Positions 26,300-35,128 of a DNA stretch of 50,826 nucleotides are shown piece after piece. Below the pieces are notes generated by a model. That model was not told where the DNA came from. It made no database searches and was given only the letters and a program-made list of their open reading frames with translations. The DNA comes from an uncultured Candidatus Saccharibacteria bacterium (lineage in GTDB: Bacteria > Patescibacteriota > Minisyncoccia > UBA6257 > GWB1-50-10). Position numbers and translations under genes: made by a program. Each line of letters begins with the position of its first letter. Positions within the stretch are counted from its first letter, which is position 1. Location: the NCBI GenBank assembly GCA_964639325.1, contig CAZXDO010000006.1, positions 1-50,826 of the forward strand, written 5' to 3'.

Positions 26300-27139
26300 A
26301 TGTTTCTAAAAAATAAAAAGAAATCAAGGTTAAAGGTTTTTTTTCGTTTTCTACTTTTCATAGCTTTTATTTTTTTGGTTTGCGGTATTCTTTATCTTTT
26401 AATTTATTCTAATGTCTTAAATGTAAAAACTTTTGAATTTCAATACTCAAGTGAATACCATAAGGAAGAAACTGTACCTGAAGACGAAGCCGGTAAGGCC
26501 TCTATATTTTATACAAACGATTTTTTAGCTTCTTCTTTATCAAGCCAAATAATCAAGGAAAGAAAAAATCTTGGTTACCTTGGTCCAGATAATATACTTC
26601 TTTGGTTTCTAGGCAAAAAAGAGAATTTAGTTAATAACAACATTCTTCCTTCAGTTGAACAGATTAATTTAGACGTAGATTTATTTGATCGTAAAGTAAA
26701 GATTTTGGTAGAAGAAAAAGAATTAAGCGGCATTATTTGTAAACCGGAAAAATTATGTTTTGCTTTTGATAAATCAGGACGTATTTTTGCCTCGGCTCCT
26801 TTTGTTAAAGGTTCTCTTATTTTTAGGATAGATGATACTAATGACCGCCCCTTGGTTTTTGGAGAAAAATTTCTTTCCAAAGAAAAATGGATTAATAATA
26901 TATTGAAAACAATTAAAATAATAAAAGAAAGCGGCTTTAATATTAAATCTTCGGCTATTCGTGAAATGGATTTAAGTGAGTGGGAAGTTGTTATTTCTGA
27001 TGGTCCTAAATTATTATTTAGTCTTAATTTTGTTCCCGGTGATTTACAAGAAATAATAAAGACCCTTAAAGAAAGAGCTGATTTTTCTGATATTAGTTAT
27101 TTTGATATGAGAGTTGAAAATAGGATATACTATAAATAG
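26300..27139 (+). CDS. hypothetical membrane-anchored protein
   Basis: 279-aa ORF with an N-terminal TM helix (FLLFIAFIFLVCGILYLLI). FtsQ-like topology, but no motif I can defend. Confidence 0.55.
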   Translation: MFLKNKKKSRLKVFFRFLLFIAFIFLVCGILYLLIYSNVLNVKTFEFQYSSEYHKEETVPEDEAGKASIFYTNDFLASSLSSQIIKERKNLGYLGPDNILLWFLGKKENLVNNNILPSVEQINLDVDLFDRKVKILVEEKELSGIICKPEKLCFAFDKSGRIFASAPFVKGSLIFRIDDTNDRPLVFGEKFLSKEKWINNILKTIKIIKESGFNIKSSAIREMDLSEWEVVISDGPKLLFSLNFVPGDLQEIIKTLKERADFSDISYFDMRVENRIYYK

Positions 27140-27164
27140 AAGTATTAATTACGAATTAAGATAA

Positions 27165-27944
27165 ATGAAATTTATAAAAAATAAAAAAGGTAAGAAGGGT
27201 TTTTCACTTATTGAGCTTTTAATTTACGTAGCTATTTTTGCCGCCAGCTCTGTTTTTATGGTTGGTATTCTTATAGTTTTTACCCAAATTAATCTGCGCC
27301 AAACAGCAGTTAACGAAGTTAACAACCAGGTTTCTTTTGTTAAAAACACTATTCAAAGAAATGTTAGAAATTCTTCTATAATTGATGTTCCCGTAGGAAC
27401 ATCTACCTCAACTTTAGTTCTTCAAATGGCTTCTTCAACCTTGAGTCCAACCACAATTTATCTTGAAGAAGATACTGTTTATTTAAAAGAAGGGGATTTT
27501 TCTCCTATCCCTCTTACTGACTCAAATGTTGTTGTAGATAGCTTTCAAGTAACGAAATATGAAAATCCCGGAAGTTATTCTCTTGTTCAGGTTAACCTTA
27601 CCGTTAGTTACAATACCTTAAATGAAAAAGCTAAGTTTAAGAGGACTATTAATACGGCCGTAGGAAGAGTTTCTGCTGCTACTTTTGATTCTGACATAGT
27701 TCCTAATATCAATAATTCTTACAACATAGGAAACGCTAGTAATAAATGGAAAGATGCTTATTTTTCAGGGAATGTAGGTATTGGAACGGGTCCTGTTGTG
27801 GGAGCCAGCTTAAAAACATCCGGTGATATTTCTATTTCAGATGATTCAAAAGGGTTAATTTTAACTTCACCCGGGGGAACTTGTTACAGAATAACCGTTT
27901 TGGATGGAGGAAATACTACCTCAACTGCCGTAGCTTGTCCGTAA
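27165..27944 (+). CDS. type IV pilin-like protein (prepilin-type N-terminal cleavage/methylation signal)
   Basis: KKGKKG-FSLIELLIYVAIFAASSVFMVGIL is a class III signal with Glu at +5. The C-terminus is Cys-bracketed (GGTCYRITV...AVACP). Confidence 0.85.
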   Translation: MKFIKNKKGKKGFSLIELLIYVAIFAASSVFMVGILIVFTQINLRQTAVNEVNNQVSFVKNTIQRNVRNSSIIDVPVGTSTSTLVLQMASSTLSPTTIYLEEDTVYLKEGDFSPIPLTDSNVVVDSFQVTKYENPGSYSLVQVNLTVSYNTLNEKAKFKRTINTAVGRVSAATFDSDIVPNINNSYNIGNASNKWKDAYFSGNVGIGTGPVVGASLKTSGDISISDDSKGLILTSPGGTCYRITVLDGGNTTSTAVACP

Positions 27945-27951
27945 ACGTTTT

Positions 27952-27987
27952 ATAGCACTTGACACCCATAAGTGCTATTGATAATAT
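27952..27987 (+). promoter_or_regulatory. CIRCE operator overlapping the hrcA promoter
   Basis: ATAGCACTT 27952-27960, N9, AAGTGCTAT 27970-27978 (CIRCE consensus TTAGCACTC-N9-GAGTGCTAA). TTGACA 27959-27964, 17-nt spacer, TAATAT 27982-27987. Confidence 0.85.
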
Positions 27988-28012
27988 TTCAGTAGAACCG
28001 AACACACTAGCT

Positions 28013-28714
28013 ATGAACTCTAGAACAAAATTAATTCTCAAAAAAAGTATTGAGGATTTCATTAATACCGGCCGGCCAATAACTTCAAATTACCTTTTTG
28101 AAAAATATGATTTTGGTATTCGTCCGGCCATGATTCGTCGTGAATTAAACAACCTTGACAATAATGGATTTCTTTTTCAGGTGCACTCCTCAGGAGGACG
28201 TGTTCCTACTAACAAAGGATATAGATTTTTTGTAAAAGATATTCAATCCAGAGATCTTGAATTTGATATTTCCGAAAGAAAAACTCGTCAGATAATTGAA
28301 AGGCTTGTTGCTAAAAAAATGGAAGTTTTTGCAGAGATTCTAGCTGATTATTTAAACACCCTTAACGCCGTATATCAGTTAAAACAAAATGAATTTTATG
28401 CCTCTGGTTTAGAAGATCTTTTCAGTTCAGTTGAAATTGAAACCAAATCAGAACTTGGTCAAATAATTAGAGATTTCGAAATGCTTCCTAAACGTCTTTC
28501 TGAAATAGTAGATAAGATTGAAATTCAAGAGAAGCCACAAGTGTATATTGGCAGGAACCCAATAACAAGAAGCAGTTATTTGTCAGTTGTTTCTGAAAGA
28601 TTTGTTTACGGCGACGACGAATTTATTCTTTTGACTGTTAGTCCCAGACGTATGGATTACCGTAAATTACTTTGCTTATATAGATTAATTGAAGAAGAAA
28701 TTACAAATCTTTAA
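28013..28714 (+). CDS. hrcA: heat-inducible transcription repressor HrcA
   Basis: The ATG at 28013 gives MNSRTKLILKKSIEDFINTGRPITSNYLFEKYDFGIRPAMIRRELNNLDNNGFL...SSGGRVPTNKGYRFFV. The ORF track start at 27959 lies inside the CIRCE operator. Confidence 0.88.
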   Translation: MNSRTKLILKKSIEDFINTGRPITSNYLFEKYDFGIRPAMIRRELNNLDNNGFLFQVHSSGGRVPTNKGYRFFVKDIQSRDLEFDISERKTRQIIERLVAKKMEVFAEILADYLNTLNAVYQLKQNEFYASGLEDLFSSVEIETKSELGQIIRDFEMLPKRLSEIVDKIEIQEKPQVYIGRNPITRSSYLSVVSERFVYGDDEFILLTVSPRRMDYRKLLCLYRLIEEEITNL

Positions 28715-28720
28715 CCTAAT

Positions 28721-29221
28721 ATGAAACAAGAAAATAAAAAAACAATAGAGAACGATCAGAAAGAGATTAACGATTTAAAAAAGAAGTTAAAGGAATGTGA
28801 AGAAAAATGTGATGAATATCTTAAAGGATGGCAAAGAAACAGGGCCGATTTTATAAATTACAAAAAAGAAGAAGAAGAAAGACTTAAAACTCATAGCCGA
28901 AGAGAAAAAGAAGAATTAATGAGAGAGTTGGCAACAGTTTTAGATAGTTTTGACTTAAGTATATTAATGAGTAAAAAAGAAGCGATAGAAAAAAGAGGAG
29001 TAGAGCTTATTAGAAATCAGCTTGTAGATGTTTTAAAAAGAAGAGATTTTAGAAAAATTGATGTTAGTCCGGGAGATGATTTTGACCCTAACATACATGA
29101 AGCAGTGGAAAGAGTTGATGCGGATATGCCTCCGGGGAAGATAGTTGAAGAAACAGAAAAAGGTTATATTCTAGGGAGTAGGGTTTTAAGACATTCCCGA
29201 GTAAAAGTTTCTAAAGGTTAA
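28721..29221 (+). CDS. grpE: nucleotide exchange factor GrpE
   Basis: YLKGWQRNRADFINYKKE...FDPNIHEAV...GYILGSRVLRHSRVKVS. Confidence 0.92.
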   Translation: MKQENKKTIENDQKEINDLKKKLKECEEKCDEYLKGWQRNRADFINYKKEEEERLKTHSRREKEELMRELATVLDSFDLSILMSKKEAIEKRGVELIRNQLVDVLKRRDFRKIDVSPGDDFDPNIHEAVERVDADMPPGKIVEETEKGYILGSRVLRHSRVKVSKG

Positions 29222-29264
29222 AGTTTAAAAAATAATTAATTAATAAATAAAATAAAAAAATATT

Positions 29265-31181
29265 ATGAGCAAAATATTAGGTATAGATTTAGGTACTACA
29301 AATTCATGTTTCGCTGTTATGGAAGGAGGAGAACCAAAAGTTTTAGAAAACGAAGAAGGTAACCGCACCACTCCTTCTGTTGTTGCTTTAAACAAGTCAG
29401 GAGAACGTTTGGTGGGCGCTATTGCTAAAAGACAGCAAATAGTTAACCCCGAAAACACAATACCCTCCGTTAAACGTCTCATCGGCCATAAATTTGAAGA
29501 CAAAGCGGTGCAAAAAGATAAAGAGACCATTGCCTACGAAATTAAAAAATCTGATGAAGGTGGAGTAGAAATAAAAATGGGTGACAGATGGTATAAACCT
29601 GAAGAAATTTCAGCCAAGATTATTCAAAAAATGAAAACAGATGCTGAGGCTAAGCTAGGTGAAAAAATCAAAGAAGCAGTTATCACCGTCCCGGCTTATT
29701 TTGATGACAGTCAACGTCAGGCCACTAAACAGGCTGGTCAAATAGCCGGTCTTGAGGTTAAAAGAATATTAAACGAACCAACTGCTGCTGCTCTTGCTTA
29801 TGGATTAAATAAGAAGAATGATGAACGCGTTGTTGTTTATGACTTTGGTGGAGGAACTTTTGACATTTCCGTTCTTGAAATAGGGGATAATACTATTGAG
29901 GTTAAAGCTACGGGTGGTAATTCCCACCTAGGAGGCGAAGATTTTGATCGCAGAATTTTAGATTATTTAGTTTCAGAATACAAACGTAACGAAGGAATAG
30001 ACCTTTCTAAAGATCCTCTAGCTATTCAGCGTCTTAAAGAAGCTACTGAAAGAGCAAAGCATGAACTCTCAACAGCTAAAGAAACAGAAATAAATCTTCC
30101 TTATATTACCTCGGGAGAAGATGGTCCCAAGCATTTTGTAATGAAATTAACCAGAGCTAAAGTTGAGGAATTGGTAAAAGATCTTATTGACAAATCAATT
30201 GATCTCGTTAAAGAAACTATCACCGCCAACCCTCCACAAGGAGCAGGAATTAAAATAGAAGATGTTGATGAGATCATCCTTGTTGGCGGACAAACAAGAA
30301 TGCCTGCTATCCAAGAAGAGGTAAAAAAACTTTTTGGAAAAGAACCTCACAAGGGTATTAACCCTGATGAAGTTGTTGCTATAGGCGCTGCTATTCAAGC
30401 CGGTATTATGCAAGGTGATGTTAAAGATGTACTTCTTCTTGATGTTACCCCTCTTACTCTCTCGATTGAAACCATGGGAGGCGTTGCCACGCCAATGATT
30501 TCTAAAAACACCACCATTCCTACCGAAAAGAAGCAAGTTTTTTCTACTGCTTCTGATAACCAGTCTTCGGTTGAAGTTCATGTTCTTCAAGGTGAAAGAC
30601 CTATGGCCAGTGATAATAAAACCTTGGCTAGGTTTATTCTTGACGGAATTCCTCCTGCTCCTCGCGGGGTTCCTCAAATTGAAGTTACCTTTGATATAGA
30701 TGCAAATGGAATATTAAATGTTAAAGCTCACGATAAAGGCACCGGAAAGGAACAATCAGTTAAAATTGAAGCTACAACCAGCCTTTCCAAGGAAAAAATA
30801 GAAGAACTTAAAAGAGAAGCAGAAATCAATGCCGAAGAAGACAATAAGAAGAAAGAGCTTATTGAAGCTAAGAACCAAGCCGAATCTTTAATTTATGTTG
30901 CTGAAAAATCTCTTAAAGATTCCGGAGATAAAGTTTCAGAAGATGTAAAAAAGAGTATAAATGAAAATATAGACCAGCTTAAAAAATCCAAGGAAGGTAA
31001 TGATGTGGAAAAGATAAAAAGTGATACTGAAAACCTTTCTAAAGAAATACAAAAGATAGGGCAAGGGATGTATGAAGACAATAAATCCTCTTCAGATAAT
31101 AAGGAAGGAAAAGTGGTTGACGAGCAGGAAGGCAAGGACGATAATAAAGAAAAGAAAGATAACTCCGAAGACAATTCTTAA
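29265..31181 (+). CDS. dnaK: molecular chaperone DnaK (Hsp70)
   Basis: [36 protein letters not shown]. 638 aa with an acidic/Lys-rich C-terminal tail. Confidence 0.97.
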   Translation: MSKILGIDLGTTNSCFAVMEGGEPKVLENEEGNRTTPSVVALNKSGERLVGAIAKRQQIVNPENTIPSVKRLIGHKFEDKAVQKDKETIAYEIKKSDEGGVEIKMGDRWYKPEEISAKIIQKMKTDAEAKLGEKIKEAVITVPAYFDDSQRQATKQAGQIAGLEVKRILNEPTAAALAYGLNKKNDERVVVYDFGGGTFDISVLEIGDNTIEVKATGGNSHLGGEDFDRRILDYLVSEYKRNEGIDLSKDPLAIQRLKEATERAKHELSTAKETEINLPYITSGEDGPKHFVMKLTRAKVEELVKDLIDKSIDLVKETITANPPQGAGIKIEDVDEIILVGGQTRMPAIQEEVKKLFGKEPHKGINPDEVVAIGAAIQAGIMQGDVKDVLLLDVTPLTLSIETMGGVATPMISKNTTIPTEKKQVFSTASDNQSSVEVHVLQGERPMASDNKTLARFILDGIPPAPRGVPQIEVTFDIDANGILNVKAHDKGTGKEQSVKIEATTSLSKEKIEELKREAEINAEEDNKKKELIEAKNQAESLIYVAEKSLKDSGDKVSEDVKKSINENIDQLKKSKEGNDVEKIKSDTENLSKEIQKIGQGMYEDNKSSSDNKEGKVVDEQEGKDDNKEKKDNSEDNS

Positions 31182-31203
31182 CATAAAATTAGTGTTTTTA
31201 GAA

Positions 31204-31238
31204 AAGTGAGATGAATTTTTAAAAAATTCATCTCACTT
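31204..31238. other. 35-nt near-perfect palindrome after dnaK
   Basis: AAGTGAGATGAATTTT pairs with AAAATTCATCTCACTT across a TAA centre (31204-31238). No clear U-tail. Confidence 0.6.
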
Positions 31239-31274
31239 AATAAATCTGGTAAATAAAAATTTAACTACAGTGGG

Positions 31275-32255
31275 ATGAACTCCAAAACGATTAAAATAAT
31301 TTCCCTTGGTCTTCTCACCGGAATATTTTCTTTCCTTTCTTTTTATTTTTTAAACCAAGGAGCTGTTCTTGGTAGTTTAGGCAGTATTTGGCCTATAGTA
31401 ATTGCTCTTTTTTTCTTTATTATTTTTTTTGTTCTTGAGGTTATTTTAATAGATGACATTGGTATTCTTTTTATTTTTATATTTTTTCAGAGTCTTCTTC
31501 CGTTTCTCGCCTTTACTAAATCTTTTGATAATATAAAATTTTTACTTATTGATTTTGCAATATTATTTATATTTACTTTTTGGGCAGCAAAAAAAGGGCG
31601 CTCTTTTATTGAAAACGGATTAAAAATAAATTTTTTCTCCATCGCTCACCGTGTAGTCCCAAAGTTTTTTACCGGCCTCCTTCTTTTTATAATGATTCTT
31701 TTATATTTTAATTATGTTTTTTTGGGAAGATTTAACGATAATATGGGCCGTCAAACTTTTGATCAGGTAGCAAATTTTATTGCTCCTGCTTTTGAAATTT
31801 GGTTGCCCGGTATTTCTTTAGATTTAAGCATCAAAGAAAATTTAGAGGAATCAGCAAGGGCTCAGCTTCAAAAATCTAAAATTGAGTTATTAGAAAAAGG
31901 TGTCAACCTTGACGAAATAACCCCTTCACAAAGAGAAGAGCTTGTAAAACAAACTGCTTTGCAAATAGAAGAAAACATAGAAGAAGCTGTTGGAGAATTG
32001 GATCATAATCAGACAGTTCGTGAATTTGCTTACAGCACAATTGAAAATAGAGTTGATAAGCTTTCGCCAACAGCTAAAATATTTGCCGGAGGAGGTGTTT
32101 TCTTAATCCTTTTCTTTTTAATTAAGGGGATTGCTTTTATTCTTTACCCAATTATCGAATTTATTGCTTTTGTTATTTATCATCTCCTTCTTATGACCGG
32201 TTTTACTCATATTAGTTTAGAGTCGAGACAAAAAGAAATAATTAATATTTCTTAA
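31275..32255 (+). CDS. polytopic membrane protein of unknown function, embedded in the dnaK operon
   Basis: 326-aa ORF. About 5 N-terminal and 2 C-terminal hydrophobic helices flank a charged helical segment. 4-nt gap to dnaJ. Confidence 0.65.
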   Translation: MNSKTIKIISLGLLTGIFSFLSFYFLNQGAVLGSLGSIWPIVIALFFFIIFFVLEVILIDDIGILFIFIFFQSLLPFLAFTKSFDNIKFLLIDFAILFIFTFWAAKKGRSFIENGLKINFFSIAHRVVPKFFTGLLLFIMILLYFNYVFLGRFNDNMGRQTFDQVANFIAPAFEIWLPGISLDLSIKENLEESARAQLQKSKIELLEKGVNLDEITPSQREELVKQTALQIEENIEEAVGELDHNQTVREFAYSTIENRVDKLSPTAKIFAGGGVFLILFFLIKGIAFILYPIIEFIAFVIYHLLLMTGFTHISLESRQKEIINIS

Positions 32256-32259
32256 TAAA

Positions 32260-33360
32260 ATGTCTAAAGATTATTATCAAATATTAGGTGTTTCAAGAAA
32301 CGCTTCAGATGAGGAAATTAAAAAAGCGTATCGACGCCTTGCTCACAAATATCATCCCGATAAAGAAGAAGGTAACGAAACTAAATTTAAAGAAATAAAC
32401 GAAGCTTACCAGGTTCTTTCCAATAAAGAGAAAAGGCAACAGTATGATCGTTTCGGTCATGTTTTTTCTGGTCAAGCAGCAGAAGGAGGTTTTAACCAAA
32501 GAGGAGGATCCGGTTTTGGTTTTGGTGGTATGGATTGGGAAAATATGTCTGGCGGGTCAGGTGAATGGGCTGATATTTTTGAAGGAATATTTGAACATTT
32601 TGGAGGGGCTGGCAAAAGCCGCCAAACTTATGTTCAAGGATCAGATATTGAAATTATTCATCCCATTACACTTGAAGAGGCTTTTAGTGGTATAGAAAAA
32701 AGGTTAAGTTTCCGCACATTTATCACTTGTGATAAATGTGATGGACGTGGATACGATAAAGAATCTAAAACAAAAACTTGTCCAACCTGCCAGGGCAAGG
32801 GAGAAATAAAGGAAGAAAAAAGAACTTTTTTTGGTTATTTTTCACAAGTTAAAGCTTGTCCCGAGTGCCGAGGAAAGGGAGAGGTTTTTGACAAGCCGTG
32901 TTCTAAATGCAACGCTCACGGGAGAATAAAGGGAAATCGTGAGGTTTTGATAAACATAAAACCCGGTATTGAAGATAGTCAAATTATTAAAGTAAAAGAA
33001 GCCGGGGAAGCCGGAGAAAGAGGTTCTAAAACTGGAGATCTTTATGTAGTTGTTAAAGTAAAGCCTCATAATAAATTTAAGCGTGATGGAGCGGATCTCC
33101 ATATGCAACAGGACATAAAAATAACTAAAGCTCTGCTTGGTGAAAAAATAGAAATTGAAGGAATTAAAGACGAAAAAATTAACGTAACCATTCCTTATGG
33201 GTTTAACTTTAAAGATGAATTAAAGATAGAAAATAAGGGTATGCCTAGACTTGATTCGAATGAGAGAGGCGATCTTTATGTTTTCTTTAATGCTATTTTG
33301 CCTAAAAAATTATCAGAAAAAGCTAAGAAAATTATTGAAGACTTAGATAAAGAGATATGA
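32260..33360 (+). CDS. dnaJ: molecular chaperone DnaJ
   Basis: J-domain (DYYQILGV...HKYHPDK), Gly-rich region, four CxxCxG zinc motifs. Confidence 0.96.
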   Translation: MSKDYYQILGVSRNASDEEIKKAYRRLAHKYHPDKEEGNETKFKEINEAYQVLSNKEKRQQYDRFGHVFSGQAAEGGFNQRGGSGFGFGGMDWENMSGGSGEWADIFEGIFEHFGGAGKSRQTYVQGSDIEIIHPITLEEAFSGIEKRLSFRTFITCDKCDGRGYDKESKTKTCPTCQGKGEIKEEKRTFFGYFSQVKACPECRGKGEVFDKPCSKCNAHGRIKGNREVLINIKPGIEDSQIIKVKEAGEAGERGSKTGDLYVVVKVKPHNKFKRDGADLHMQQDIKITKALLGEKIEIEGIKDEKINVTIPYGFNFKDELKIENKGMPRLDSNERGDLYVFFNAILPKKLSEKAKKIIEDLDKEI

Positions 33361-33366
33361 TAATAT

Positions 33367-33397
33367 TTGACAAAACAAGTTAATCGTCTATCATAAT
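33367..33397 (+). promoter_or_regulatory. candidate promoter of the rplJ-rplL operon
   Basis: TTGACA 33367-33372. TATCAT at 33389-33394 (16-nt spacer) overlaps CATAAT. Confidence 0.45.
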
Positions 33398-33424
33398 AAA
33401 GCTCTAGAACATGGAGCTTGAGTC

Positions 33425-33512
33425 CGCAGACAGCAAGCATTTAAGACTTGCCGAGGATAATTGGGTGATTTTTTCACCCCATCTGTCTGCGTTAAAGGTC
33501 GCAGATTTTTTT
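33425..33512 (+). promoter_or_regulatory. ribosomal protein L10 leader-like structure with overlapping intrinsic terminator
   Basis: 9-bp closing stem CGCAGACAG 33425-33433 / CTGTCTGCG 33483-33491 encloses the hairpins GCAAG/CTTGC and GGGTGA/TCACCC. Terminator stem TCTGCG 33486-33491 / CGCAGA 33500-33505 is followed by T7 at 33506-33512. Confidence 0.6.
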
Positions 33513-33531
33513 ATTAACACCTAAATCAAAT

Positions 33532-34023
33532 ATGGCAAAAACAAAGGAACAAAAAAAACAAGAGATAGAAGAAATTAATAGTTTAGTAGAAAAAAACAAG
33601 GGTTTCCTGTTTTTAGGTTTTAATGGTATTTCTGTAAATGAATTAAATGATTTCCGTTCTAAAATAAGAAGTGTTAACGGAGAAATAAAAGTTATCAAGC
33701 GTAGAATTTTAGATCTTTATTTGAATGAAAAAGGAATCAAGCTTGATATAAAACCTTTTATGGGTCAAACTGCTCTTGCCTTTTTTGGTAACGACATATT
33801 AGACGTGGCTGGAATTATTTATGATTTTACTAAAGAAGACAAAATTGAAAGCAAGATATTAGGAGGTTACGATATTAAATCAAAAGAGATTTATGAGACT
33901 GAATATCTTGAAAGACTAGGTCAACTTCCTTCTCGAGAAATTCTCTTGGGTCAAGTAGTTGGAGGAATTTCTGGTCCCATTCGCGCCTTTGTATATACCT
34001 TAAAGGCAATATCTGAAAAATAA
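33532..34023 (+). CDS. rplJ: 50S ribosomal protein L10
   Basis: 163 aa, MAKTKEQKKQEIEEINSLVEKNKGFLFLGFNGISVNELNDFRSKIR. Precedes rplL. Confidence 0.92.
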   Translation: MAKTKEQKKQEIEEINSLVEKNKGFLFLGFNGISVNELNDFRSKIRSVNGEIKVIKRRILDLYLNEKGIKLDIKPFMGQTALAFFGNDILDVAGIIYDFTKEDKIESKILGGYDIKSKEIYETEYLERLGQLPSREILLGQVVGGISGPIRAFVYTLKAISEK

Positions 34024-34071
34024 TTTAACAAAAAAGTCGAATAAATTATTAACTAACAATAAAACAAAAAT

Positions 34072-34665
34072 ATGGCAGAAGAAAAAAAAGATACTTCCGT
34101 TGAAGCTACGGAAGAAAAAGAAGAAGAAAAAGAAGAAGTAAAAGAAGAAGTAAAAGAAGAAAATACTGCTGCTGAAAAACCTAAAGAAGCAAAAGAAGAA
34201 GCTTCTTCTGAAAAAAAAGAAGAACAAGAAGAGAAAAAAACAGAAGACAAAAAAGAAGAAAAAGTAAAAGACAAGGAAGAAGATGATGAAGAAGTAGAAG
34301 TTCCTGAAAAGTTTAAAGACATTGTTGAAAAAATAGAAAAAATGACCGTTGTTGATCTTGCTGATTTAGTTTCTCTCTTAGAAAAGAAATTTAAGGTTTC
34401 TGCAGTTGCTAGCGCTCCGGCAGGGGGAGGAGCAGCAGGCGGAGGAGAAGAAAAATCTGAAGTTAATGTAGTTTTGAAAGAAATTGGTGAAAAGAAAATA
34501 GAAGTAATTAAGGCGGTTAAAGAAATAACCGGTCTTGGATTACAAGAAGCAAAGGGCATTGTTGATGGTGCTCCGGGTAACATCAAAGAAAATGTAAAGA
34601 GAGAAGAAGCTGAAGAAATGAAAGGTAAACTTGAAGAAGCCGGCGCTACCATTGCTCTTGAATAA
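34072..34665 (+). CDS. rplL: 50S ribosomal protein L7/L12 with about 75-aa acidic N-terminal extension
   Basis: The C-terminal 120 aa are canonical ([25 protein letters not shown]...[19 protein letters not shown]...[10 protein letters not shown]). The first about 75 aa are an E/K-rich low-complexity region. Confidence 0.9.
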   Translation: MAEEKKDTSVEATEEKEEEKEEVKEEVKEENTAAEKPKEAKEEASSEKKEEQEEKKTEDKKEEKVKDKEEDDEEVEVPEKFKDIVEKIEKMTVVDLADLVSLLEKKFKVSAVASAPAGGGAAGGGEEKSEVNVVLKEIGEKKIEVIKAVKEITGLGLQEAKGIVDGAPGNIKENVKREEAEEMKGKLEEAGATIALE

Positions 34666-34668
34666 ATA

Positions 34669-34690
34669 AAACCCTACTTAGTAGGGTTTT
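34669..34690 (+). terminator. small hairpin after rplL
   Basis: AAACCCTAC 34669-34677, loop TTA, GTAGGGTTT 34681-34689, then T. tRNA-Val starts 2 nt later, so read-through is likely. Confidence 0.4.
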
Positions 34691-34691
34691 A

Positions 34692-34765
34692 GGGCACTTA
34701 GCTCAGCTGGCTAGAGCGCTGCCGTCACATGGCAGAGGTCACTGGTTCAAGCCCAGTAGTGCCCA
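34692..34765 (+). tRNA. tRNA-Val (anticodon CAC), no encoded CCA
   Basis: Hand-folded cloverleaf. Acceptor GGGCACT/AGTGCCC, D arm GCTC-AGCTGGCTA-GAGC, anticodon arm CTGCC-GTCACAT-GGCAG, T arm ACTGG-TTCAAGC-CCAGT, discriminator A. Confidence 0.9.
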
Positions 34766-34787
34766 CAAAATATTTCAAGGAATAATT

Positions 34788-34818
34788 CAACGTGGGGGTT
34801 CCCGACACCCCCAAGTTG
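34788..34818. repeat. GC-hairpin element, copy 4 (one stem mismatch, no adjacent box)
   Basis: CAACGTGGGGG 34788-34798, loop TTCCCGACA, CCCCCAAGTTG 34808-34818. The nearest TGTGGATAA is at 35000-35008. Confidence 0.85.
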
Positions 34819-34836
34819 TCGTCGTTTTACTCCTCC

Positions 34837-34904
34837 CCAGAAACCCTCGTTTTCTGGCGCTTCGCTGTTTTCCAACACGGGGAAAATACTCTTCCCCGAC
34901 CCCC
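34837..34904 (+). repeat. GC-rich two-hairpin repeat, element B
   Basis: H1 is CCAGAAA 34837-34843 / TTTCTGG 34851-34857. GCTTCGCT lies at 34859-34866. H2 is CGGGGAA 34878-34884 / TTCCCCG 34892-34898. CCCCGACCCC lies at 34894-34903. Same layout as 44659-44720. Confidence 0.75.
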
Positions 34905-35059
34905 TTTGTCGTTTAATAGCTTGGTGGTTATTTGCTAACTAATTCCTTTGTTATGTCTTCAGGAATAATGTTGTATTGTTAGAATTTCATATTAAACATT
35001 GTGGATAACTTATTTTTCTCCCATTAAGCTTGATCTAAGTTTTTTTCATTTTTGAAAAT

Positions 35060-35088
35060 TGACAAATTATTTATATTTTGGCATATTG
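35060..35088 (+). promoter_or_regulatory. candidate promoter of the zinc-ribbon orphan gene
   Basis: TTGACA 35060-35065, 17-nt spacer, CATATT 35083-35088. Confidence 0.45.
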
Positions 35089-35128
35089 TTAAAGGATTTT
35101 TAATAATTTAAAAAGAAAGGTTTTAGTT

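Noticed and set aside
34053-34652. 199-aa minus-strand ORF, plus the 34000-34227 minus-strand ORF, antisense to rplL.
   Set aside because: Low-complexity Ser/Phe-rich translations arise from the reverse complement of the GAA/AAA-rich rplL extension. The + strand gene is clearly L7/L12.
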